Shown: positions 56,498-64,000 of the stretch, piece by piece | How the letters are laid out: each line of letters starts with the position of its first letter | Numbering within the stretch: position 1 is the first letter of the stretch | NCBI GenBank assembly: GCA_963817955.1 | Contig: CAWFQK010000003.1 | Span: 32,001 to 96,000 of the forward strand | Reading direction: 5' to 3' | DNA from: an uncultured Gemmatimonadaceae bacterium | GTDB taxonomy: Bacteria; Gemmatimonadota; Gemmatimonadetes; Gemmatimonadales; Gemmatimonadaceae | Length of the DNA: 64,000 nucleotides | Made by a program: the position numbers and the translations under genes | Notes under the pieces: generated by a model | The model's database searches: none | What the model was told of the DNA's origin: nothing | What the model saw: only the letters and a program-made list of their open reading frames with translations

Positions 56498-56663
56498 CTG
56501 GATGACGCCTGGAGCAAATGCCTAACACATTGGTATTGAATGTCTTAGGCGATTAGCCGCCAACGGCGGGAAGCCGGGATATGTCCTGAATATGCGACGA
56601 TCAGGTGGGACAGACCCCTATCGTGTGTCCCGGTTTTGACACACGTGCGGTGTAAGGGGTTGC

Positions 56664-57251
56664 CTACTGGCCGGCGCGAAATCCTGCGGCGAAGAGGATT
56701 CCGACTGCCGTCTTGCCGTCCTTGATCACACCCTCGCGGATCAGTTGCAGCGCACGCGACAGGGTGACCGTCTCCAGCGTGATGAACTCATCCGCTTCGC
56801 GCGCGTGCTCCCCGTGCTCCAGTCCCACTGCCATGAAGAGGTGGATGCGCTCGTCGGTGAAGCCTGGAGTCGTGTAGATCGTTGTGAGGAACTCGACGCG
56901 CGCGGCAGTGCAGCCGGTTTCTTCGCGTAGCTCGCGAATGGCGCAATCGCGCGGATCCTCGCCAGCGTCAAGCCGCCCGGCGGGAATCTCGTACAGGAAC
57001 TGCTCGGCGGCGTAGCGATACTGCTTGAGCAGCAGGATCTGCGGATCGTCGCCCGTGGGATCGCTGAGAAATGGGACGACAGCGCTCGCGCCGGGGTGTC
57101 GGATCATCTCCATCTGCCCGATTGATCCGTCGGGAAAACGGACCGTGTCTTGATCGAGATTGATGATCCTGCCGGTGTGCAGACGCTGACTGATGATCTT
57201 TCCCGGCTCCGCCTGTTGCGACACGCTGCTTTGCGGCTCGTCTGGTGTCAT
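56664..57251 (-). CDS. NUDIX hydrolase, ADP-ribose pyrophosphatase-like
   Basis: HPGAS, QYRY, EIPAGRLD.GE.....AIRELREETG Nudix box, TPGFTDE. Confidence 0.92.
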   Translation of the reverse strand: MTPDEPQSSVSQQAEPGKIISQRLHTGRIINLDQDTVRFPDGSIGQMEMIRHPGASAVVPFLSDPTGDDPQILLLKQYRYAAEQFLYEIPAGRLDAGEDPRDCAIRELREETGCTAARVEFLTTIYTTPGFTDERIHLFMAVGLEHGEHAREADEFITLETVTLSRALQLIREGVIKDGKTAVGILFAAGFRAGQ

Positions 57252-58633
57252 GCCGTCAATTGGCCGACGGTATCGTACAACGTCATCGGGCCGAAACCGA
57301 GCTTGTCGAGCGACCCGGACACGGCAGCTGGATCGCCGACGACAAGCATCTGCAATGCTTCGGGATGAAGATGCATCTGTGCCGCCTGGAGGATCTGCTC
57401 GACGGTTACGGCTCGCACGCGCTCGCGATACCGGTCGTAGTAGTCGTCGGGTAATGCGTGCACCACTAAGAGGCTGAGCGCCGCGGCAATCGCGGACGTC
57501 GTCTCAAAACGGAGGGGAAAGACGCCGTCGAGATAGCTGGTCGCCAGCGACAGTTCCTCGGGTGCAATCGGCTCGGCCCGGATGCGGTCAATCTCGAGCA
57601 ACACTTCGCGCGCCGCCGCGTCGGTCACGTCGGACTTTACCGCCGTGGAGACGAGGAATGGTCCCGCTTGACGCCGCCATTCGAACGCGGAGGACGCTCC
57701 GTAGGTATATCCGTGCGCCTCGCGCAGGTTGAGATTGATTCGCGAGTTGAACAGCCCGCCGAGCACCGCGTTCATGACGTTGACCGGAAAGTAGTCCGGA
57801 TGATTGCGCGGAATGCCAACGTGGCCAATACGCAGCTCCGACTGCGGTGCGTCGTCCTTGGCGACGATGTGCACCGCGCGCTCCAGACGGGCCGGCATGT
57901 CATCGGCGACGACGCGCGGCGGCGCGCCGCCCTTCCAGCTGCCGAATTCGCGACGCGTCATCTCTTCGGCTTGTGCCACCGTCACATCCCCGGTGACAAT
58001 GACCGTCACGCCGCCGGGACGATAGCGCGATTCATAGAACAACAGGATGTGCTCGCGTTGAATGGCGTCGACGCTCTTCTCGTCCCCGCCCTCTGGGTGC
58101 GCGTATCGCGATGCAGGCGTGAAGAGAAAGCGCGAGAACATTTCGTCGGCAAGGCCGCGCGGCTCGGCGCGGAGCTGCAGCAGTTCGGCGCGACGTTCGG
58201 CTTTGAGTCGCTCCACCTCACGCATACGGAAGGCCGGGGTCCGAAGTACCTCCCCCACGAGCGCGAACGCCGCGGGAAGATGTTCGGACAGTGCCGTCAT
58301 CGTGACGGTCGTCGCGTCCCAATCGGCGTGTGCATCGATGGACGCGCCGAGCCGCTCGAATCGTTCGGTGAGTTCGGCACCGTCGCTCTTTTCGGTACCT
58401 TCAATGAGGAGCTTGGCTGCGAGCTGTGCCGTGCCCTCACGACCGGCAGGATCGCAGACCGCGCCGCCGTCGACGAGCACGACCACTGTGACGAGCGGCA
58501 GCTTGGGCACGGGCGCCACGATCAGTTCGAGGCCGTTGTCGAGCGTACGCCGCTCGAAGCGAGGAAAATGATAGACGCGCGGGGGCCCGGGCTGCGGGCG
58601 GACCGACGTTGGATCAGCCATGGTGGTGCTCAT
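57248..58633 (-). CDS. M16-family peptidase, non-catalytic subunit
   Basis: M16 fold lacking HxxEH; SRINLNLREAHGYTYG motif. Confidence 0.88.
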   Translation of the reverse strand: MSTTMADPTSVRPQPGPPRVYHFPRFERRTLDNGLELIVAPVPKLPLVTVVVLVDGGAVCDPAGREGTAQLAAKLLIEGTEKSDGAELTERFERLGASIDAHADWDATTVTMTALSEHLPAAFALVGEVLRTPAFRMREVERLKAERRAELLQLRAEPRGLADEMFSRFLFTPASRYAHPEGGDEKSVDAIQREHILLFYESRYRPGGVTVIVTGDVTVAQAEEMTRREFGSWKGGAPPRVVADDMPARLERAVHIVAKDDAPQSELRIGHVGIPRNHPDYFPVNVMNAVLGGLFNSRINLNLREAHGYTYGASSAFEWRRQAGPFLVSTAVKSDVTDAAAREVLLEIDRIRAEPIAPEELSLATSYLDGVFPLRFETTSAIAAALSLLVVHALPDDYYDRYRERVRAVTVEQILQAAQMHLHPEALQMLVVGDPAAVSGSLDKLGFGPMTLYDTVGQLTA

Positions 58634-59943
58634 TGTGCCTCCGCTGCTGCGCCAGCACCAATGAGCTCGCCGGGGGCCAGGTCGCGCGGCACGTAAAGAA
58701 GACTGGCGCGGTTGTTCTCGCCCAGCCGCTCATGAATGAAGGCGTTGACGCGGCTGGTGGTCACAGAGTGGTAGCGTTCCACTTCTTGGTTGATCAGCTC
58801 TGGTTTGCCGAAATATGTGGCGAAGAGCGACAGACGATCGGCACGCTCTCCGGCCTCCTGCATTGCTGACACGAACGCCGTCTGAATGAGTGCGGCGGCG
58901 CGTTCGACCTCGCCGTCATTGACGCCGTCACGCACCACAGTGTCGATCTCGGACGCCACTTCCTGCTCGAGCTGCTCGGCCGGCACGCCGGGCCGGGCCG
59001 TCACGTCGACGACAAGGATGTCAGCGCCCTTGGAGAGATCGTACGTGAACGCCGATGCCTCGGCTGCCACTTGTCGTTCGCGTACCAATCGGCGGCGGAG
59101 CCGGCTCCCGTTGCGCAGACCGAGAATGGCTCCGCAGACGCTCGCCGCGTAGTACTCCTCCGTTCCGAACGCCGGCGTGCGAAACGCGAGGAAGAGGCGA
59201 GGGAGCATGATGTCGTCGGGCACGACCTCGCGTTTCCATTGTCCGAACACGGGCGGCAGGGACATATCGGGCAGCGGCGGCTTGCCTTTGCCGCGCGGGA
59301 TGCCGCCAAAGTGCTTCTCGACGAGACGACGCGCGTCAACCGGATCGAAGTCACCGGCAATCGACAACACCGCGTTCTCCGGCGCATAGAACGTGGAGAA
59401 GAACTGTGCGACGTCGTCAAGGCTCGCCGCGGCAAGGTCTTCCATTGAGCCCATCAATGAATGATGGAACGGGTGCGCATCGGGAAAGCAGAGCGCCGGG
59501 AGCTTTTCCATCCAGGTGCCGTACGGCTGGTTGTCGATCGACCAACGGCGCTCGTTCATCACCACGTCGCGCTGGGTGTCGAGCTTCTGCTGGGTCATGG
59601 CTGGCAGCAGCTTGCCCATGCGGTTGGCCTCGAGCCAAAGCGCGAGCTCGAGCTGATTCGACGGCACGGTCTCGAAGTAGTTCGTGCGCTCGAGCCAGGT
59701 CGAACCATTGAGCGTGCCACCGGCGCGCTGGACGAGCTCGAAATGCTCGTTCGCCTGCACGTCGGCAGATCCCTGAAACAGCATATGCTCGAACAGGTGC
59801 GCAAAGCCGGTGCGTCCGGCGGGTTCGTTCGCGGACCCCACGTGATACCAGAGATTGACCGCGACGAGCGGTGCAATGTGGTCTTCCGAGAAGGTGACGA
59901 ATAGCCCGTTGGCCAACTGGAACGTTTCGATCGGTATGCGCAT
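58630..59943 (-). CDS. M16-family zinc peptidase, catalytic subunit
   Basis: GFAHLFEHMLFQGS, NGST...TNY, V.NERR motifs. Confidence 0.93.
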   Translation of the reverse strand: MRIPIETFQLANGLFVTFSEDHIAPLVAVNLWYHVGSANEPAGRTGFAHLFEHMLFQGSADVQANEHFELVQRAGGTLNGSTWLERTNYFETVPSNQLELALWLEANRMGKLLPAMTQQKLDTQRDVVMNERRWSIDNQPYGTWMEKLPALCFPDAHPFHHSLMGSMEDLAAASLDDVAQFFSTFYAPENAVLSIAGDFDPVDARRLVEKHFGGIPRGKGKPPLPDMSLPPVFGQWKREVVPDDIMLPRLFLAFRTPAFGTEEYYAASVCGAILGLRNGSRLRRRLVRERQVAAEASAFTYDLSKGADILVVDVTARPGVPAEQLEQEVASEIDTVVRDGVNDGEVERAAALIQTAFVSAMQEAGERADRLSLFATYFGKPELINQEVERYHSVTTSRVNAFIHERLGENNRASLLYVPRDLAPGELIGAGAAAEAQ

Positions 59944-60018
59944 CGCTCTAAATTGCACTGTTGTGGCGATCACAGGAACCCTGTTATCGATGCCTTGGCA
60001 AGATCCCGTGCGACACAA

Positions 60019-60873
60019 GTGTTCTCGCTACTCGTAGTCGGACTGGTCCTGATCTACGCCGGGCTGCTGCTGGTGCTCTGGCGATTCCAGGAGCAGGTGG
60101 TGTTTCAACCGCCAAAAAGCCTCGGCGCATCGCCAGTGCCAGCCCGTCAGGTGCACTATCGCGCGTCCGACGGGGTCGATCTATTCGCTTACGTCGTAGG
60201 CGACGACACGTCCCACGGTACGGTACTGCTCGCCTTCCATGGCAACGCCGAGGTGTCACGTTGGCTCGTGCCGTGGGCCATAGAGGTTTCACGCCTGACC
60301 GACGCGTGCGTGGTGCTGCCAGAGTACCGTGGTTACGACGGACTCTCCGGCGTTCCGTCATACGAGGCTTCTGGTCGAGACGCCCGTGCGGCGCTCGCGT
60401 ACGTGCGAGACAGCCTGCGCGTGGCTCCAGCAAACACGGTGTACTTTGGACATTCGCTCGGGAGCGCCATCGCCGCCGAGCTCGCCGCAGTAGATCCCCC
60501 ACGCGCGCTCGTGCTGCAAGCCCCATTCTCGTCGGCGCGCGAAATGGCTGCACGCCTGATCGTGCCTGGCCTGAGCGCGCTCTGGAGGTTCATCTCGCGC
60601 GTGCACTTCGACACGTTCACGCGCGTGCGGCTGATGTCACTACCCGTTTCGGTGGCGCACGGGGACAGGGATATCATCGTACCCGTTCACATGGGGCGCG
60701 CCGTGTTCAACGCAGCGCGCGAAAAGGGCGAGCTGCTCGTCATCCACGGGGCAGGACACAACGACATAGCCGCGGTGGGCGGGGCAGACTATTGGCGTTG
60801 GCTGGCTGGTGCCGTACGCGGGGGATCGACTATGGCTCGCGCCGTTCAAGCAGAAAGGAGATCGGCGCCTTGA
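60019..60873 (+). CDS. Alpha/beta hydrolase (start uncertain)
   Basis: FHGNAE, EYRGY, GHSLGS, HGDRD, GAGHND motifs. Confidence 0.88.
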   Translation: MFSLLVVGLVLIYAGLLLVLWRFQEQVVFQPPKSLGASPVPARQVHYRASDGVDLFAYVVGDDTSHGTVLLAFHGNAEVSRWLVPWAIEVSRLTDACVVLPEYRGYDGLSGVPSYEASGRDARAALAYVRDSLRVAPANTVYFGHSLGSAIAAELAAVDPPRALVLQAPFSSAREMAARLIVPGLSALWRFISRVHFDTFTRVRLMSLPVSVAHGDRDIIVPVHMGRAVFNAAREKGELLVIHGAGHNDIAAVGGADYWRWLAGAVRGGSTMARAVQAERRSAP

Positions 60874-61441
60874 TGGACTCGGCAAACATGTACTTCCACG
60901 TTTCGCGGCGGTTGAGCGAGATGGGGCTCGTGCGGGTGGGCGACGTGTAGGGCGTCAGCCCAAACCTGCGAGCGAGAATCGACAGCCGAAACATGTGGAA
61001 CGGGTCGCTGACGAGAATCACCTCGCGTGTTGGCTCGGCGTCCATGAGCAACGAGACCTGCTGCATTGATTCCGCCGTGGAGCGGCCGGCGTTCTCAATC
61101 ATGATCACACGGGGCGGAACGCCATGGTTGATGGCGTAACGCTGCCCGACGGCCGCCTCGCTCGTCGTATCGTGATCGCCAAAGCCGCCGGTGAAGATGA
61201 TCCGCGGCGCGAGCCCGCGGCGCCACAGATCGATGGCGTGATCGAGACGCGCCCGCAAGACCGGCGAAGGGCGTCCCACGTACTGTGCCGCGCCGAGAAC
61301 GACGATAGCGGAGGCAGAGCGGGCGGTGTCGCGGTTTCCCCAGAACAGGACACCGATGAGCGACATCAGCCAAGTGCCGAACGTCAACAGGCCCAGCATC
61401 CAGCCGAGCCGCAACCAGTTTGTCCGACGGCGCGGGAGCAT
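60830..61441 (-). CDS. YdcF/DUF218 family protein (start may be 61483)
   Basis: [28 protein letters not shown] motifs. Confidence 0.88.
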   Translation of the reverse strand: MLPRRRTNWLRLGWMLGLLTFGTWLMSLIGVLFWGNRDTARSASAIVVLGAAQYVGRPSPVLRARLDHAIDLWRRGLAPRIIFTGGFGDHDTTSEAAVGQRYAINHGVPPRVIMIENAGRSTAESMQQVSLLMDAEPTREVILVSDPFHMFRLSILARRFGLTPYTSPTRTSPISLNRRETWKYMFAESIKAPISFLLERREP

Positions 61442-61529
61442 TTGGTGGAAGCTAGCGGCGTGCAACGTCCTGCCGCTCGACATCTGTTCGGGATTCTTTC
61501 ACGGGCGCGAAATCAGTAGTTTGCGCGCC

Positions 61530-62177
61530 ATGGATACCCTGCCCGTTTTCCCCACGCTACGCATCGTTTCGCATCCACTCATTCAGCACAAGCTGAGCAT
61601 CCTTCGTGATCGCGAGACGCCAACCAAGATCTTCAAGGAACTGGTGGACGAGATCGCCATGCTCATGGCCTATGAGGCGACGAGCGATCTCCCGCTCGAG
61701 ACCGCGACCGTGGACACGCCACTCGAGCGTACCGTGGGCCGGCGCGTGAGCGGCAAGAAGCTGACGCTCGTTCCGATCTTGCGCGCCGGGTTGGGCATGG
61801 TGGAAGGGATCTACCGCCTGGTGCCAGGAGCGCGGGTGGGCCACATAGGGCTGTACCGCGACCACGACACGCTCGAGCCAGTGGACTATTACTTCAAGGT
61901 GCCGAGCGATGCACCGGAGCGCGACTTCTTCTTGCTCGATCCCATGCTCGCCACCGGCGGCAGCGCCGCGGCGGCCGTGTCGTCGCTCAAGCGAGCGGGC
62001 GCGACCCGCATCCGGTTCATGTGTCTCGTTGCCGCACCGGAGGGCGTCAAACGCCTCGCGTCAGCGCACCCAGACGTGACGGTGTATTGTGCATCGCTCG
62101 ATCGTGAGCTCAACGAGCACGGGTATATTCTGCCCGGGCTCGGTGACGCCGGGGACCGATTGTTCGGGACGCGTTAA
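61530..62177 (+). CDS. upp: Uracil phosphoribosyltransferase
   Basis: [43 protein letters not shown] motifs. Confidence 0.97.
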   Translation: MDTLPVFPTLRIVSHPLIQHKLSILRDRETPTKIFKELVDEIAMLMAYEATSDLPLETATVDTPLERTVGRRVSGKKLTLVPILRAGLGMVEGIYRLVPGARVGHIGLYRDHDTLEPVDYYFKVPSDAPERDFFLLDPMLATGGSAAAAVSSLKRAGATRIRFMCLVAAPEGVKRLASAHPDVTVYCASLDRELNEHGYILPGLGDAGDRLFGTR

Positions 62178-62827
62178 CCGAACCACTCCCGAGGACAGTC
62201 GCGCTGCTGGCGGGCGGCGTCGATGACCCACTGCTGCGTCTGCGAGTCCGCGATCTCCGCGATCACCCGATTGAACCAGGTGGTTGACAGGGTCGTGTCT
62301 CCCACTCGCCTCCACAGCTCTCCGACCAAGTAGGTCAGTACCGCACGCTCGTCGCGCGCAACCCCATCGAAGCTTTCCAGCGTTTCCTGGAATTTCCATG
62401 CGGCCTTCCGCCGGAAGAACCGTTCTGCTTCGATGTCCCCTTCATCGACACAACACCACGCCGCTCGCAGCAGGAGGTCTGCAATGTGTCTGGGTTCCGT
62501 GCCCTGCCATTCCGCAACCTTCGCCGCGGCTTCGTATTTGTCAGAACCGGCAAGGGTACCGCACGAAACGCCAGGGGCAAGCTCGCTCCATACACGCTCC
62601 TTGAGCACGGGCGAGACTTCTGCTTCTTCCGTGAAATCTCGATCGGCGCCGGAGTACCCACAGCGGTTACACGTATGGATCAGATAGGGCAGCGGCTGGG
62701 TGCCCGCCGCGCGTTCGTGAAAGTCAGTGCGCTTTCCGCCAAATGAATTCGTCGACACAACAGACTGCGAGCGGAATTTCGTCTCACAGATGGGGCACTG
62801 TAGCTCGATTTGCTGTAGCGTGGTCAT
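62174..62827 (-). CDS. DUF2225-like zinc-ribbon plus TPR protein
   Basis: [29 protein letters not shown] motifs. Confidence 0.7.
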   Translation of the reverse strand: MTTLQQIELQCPICETKFRSQSVVSTNSFGGKRTDFHERAAGTQPLPYLIHTCNRCGYSGADRDFTEEAEVSPVLKERVWSELAPGVSCGTLAGSDKYEAAAKVAEWQGTEPRHIADLLLRAAWCCVDEGDIEAERFFRRKAAWKFQETLESFDGVARDERAVLTYLVGELWRRVGDTTLSTTWFNRVIAEIADSQTQQWVIDAARQQRDCPREWFG

Positions 62828-63018
62828 CGGTCCGCCTCCTGCCTTCACGGTCCTCCCTTCGCTTGACAGGTAAGGGAAAAACTGTGCCACCTACGGCGAC
62901 GTGTAGCTCTTGTTCGCATTTCCGTACATCACTATCATTCCGCGTCCGAAGTACGTTCGCGTCTGCGCTGTGGACGTGTCTGTGGTAAGCGCGTGCCGTC
63001 TTCCCGCCTTCCGGTCGA

Positions 63019-63957
63019 ATGCTGATCAACCTGCTGCCTGATTTTTTTGCTGTTCTCCAGAGCACCGACCGCCTCACCGCGTACCAGCGTTACTTCGCTT
63101 CTCATCGCAAGATTCTCGAGCCGTACTGGCACAACTACGTCATCGATCCCGACAGTCGGCACTTCTTGGACATTGTGCAATCGACGGTCACTGCCGACTG
63201 CACAGATCTGACCACGATGCTCGAGCGCACGGACGTCGTGACGCTCGCGCGTAGCGCCGAGCAGCAGTGCCGCGAACTGCTCAGCGTCGATTGCGACATC
63301 GATGTTGTGCTCATGGTTGGCGTCGGCGCGGCGAATGCCGGCGAGTTGGTCGTTGACGGCCGCGGTATCGCCTTCGTGTGTCTGGAGCATTTCACCGGCA
63401 AGGTGAATCAACAGACCCAAGGCCTTGGCCTCGATCCCGAGTTGATGCCGCTCTGGCTCGCCCACGAGATCGCTCACGCCGTGCGCTACACGTCGCCAAC
63501 AAGCCGCAGCGCGCTGCACGACATCGTGCAGGAGTCGGGTGGTTATTACTCCTTTTGGGACACGGGACGCCGGGCGACGCTGCGCGAACTGTTGATCAAC
63601 GAAGGTCTCGCGGTACACGCCTCGCGCGCGATCAGCCCGGGCCACGCGGCGTGGGAGTACTTTGGTTATGAACGCCGACAGTACGCCGACGTGCGGCAGA
63701 TCGAGCCGGTGCTGGCACGCGCGGTCGTTCCCGATCTCGATCAGTCAGGACTTGGTCTGCGCCTTCGTTATCTGTCGGGCGGCATGAGCAACGAAGCGCG
63801 TACGGTTGATCGGTACGTGATGCCGGAACGCTCGGGATACTACATTGGCGCGCGGATGTGCGAGCCGGCAATCAACAGTCGGGGGTTAGCGTGGGCTGTC
63901 CGGGCGAGCGCCGCGGAAATTGCCGAGCTGGGGCAGGCGGAGATGAAGACCGCGTAA
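63019..63957 (+). CDS. Putative zinc-dependent protease (DUF2268-like)
   Basis: AHEIAH, NEGLA, GYYIG motifs. Confidence 0.7.
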   Translation: MLINLLPDFFAVLQSTDRLTAYQRYFASHRKILEPYWHNYVIDPDSRHFLDIVQSTVTADCTDLTTMLERTDVVTLARSAEQQCRELLSVDCDIDVVLMVGVGAANAGELVVDGRGIAFVCLEHFTGKVNQQTQGLGLDPELMPLWLAHEIAHAVRYTSPTSRSALHDIVQESGGYYSFWDTGRRATLRELLINEGLAVHASRAISPGHAAWEYFGYERRQYADVRQIEPVLARAVVPDLDQSGLGLRLRYLSGGMSNEARTVDRYVMPERSGYYIGARMCEPAINSRGLAWAVRASAAEIAELGQAEMKTA

Positions 63958-64000
63958 GCGGGGCTTGACTCGCGAGTCGTGGCCCGTGCCGTAAGTCGCG

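Overview
High-GC bacterial chromosomal segment; gene content and style suggest Gemmatimonadota (inference, not tested). Layout: (1) 1-11.7 kb, Wzy-type capsule/EPS locus with two Wzi-like paralogs, two OPX/SLBB exporters, a kinase-less Wzc-like co-polymerase and glycosyltransferases, two genes being frameshifted; (2) 11.9-15.6 kb, accessory islet of two P-loop ATPases plus two gene relics, most preceded by palindromic operators; (3) 15.8-24.0 kb, a putative sphingolipid/ceramide cluster (Spt-, bCerS-, CerR-like genes) with an AUR1/IPC-synthase-like PAP2 enzyme, a GT4 and a flippase-like protein; (4) a nucleotidyltransferase two-gene cassette, Ser/Thr kinase and tripartite RND pump; (5) an orphan amide/peptide catabolic operon, yefM-yoeB, tRNA-Phe and an Oar-like TonB-dependent receptor; (6) housekeeping genes (queF, ddl, CBS, mutS, holA, ECF sigma/anti-sigma, M16 peptidases, upp). 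Most notable: a dispersed modular heptamer repeat family G(G/A)GACAC with consistent polarity relative to genes and one complete inverted-repeat element; the sphingolipid cluster; and a queF locus with an active-site loop insertion, a structured terminator-containing leader and a QueE-like protein lacking its Fe-S motif. All product calls come from motif recognition by eye; no database search was run.
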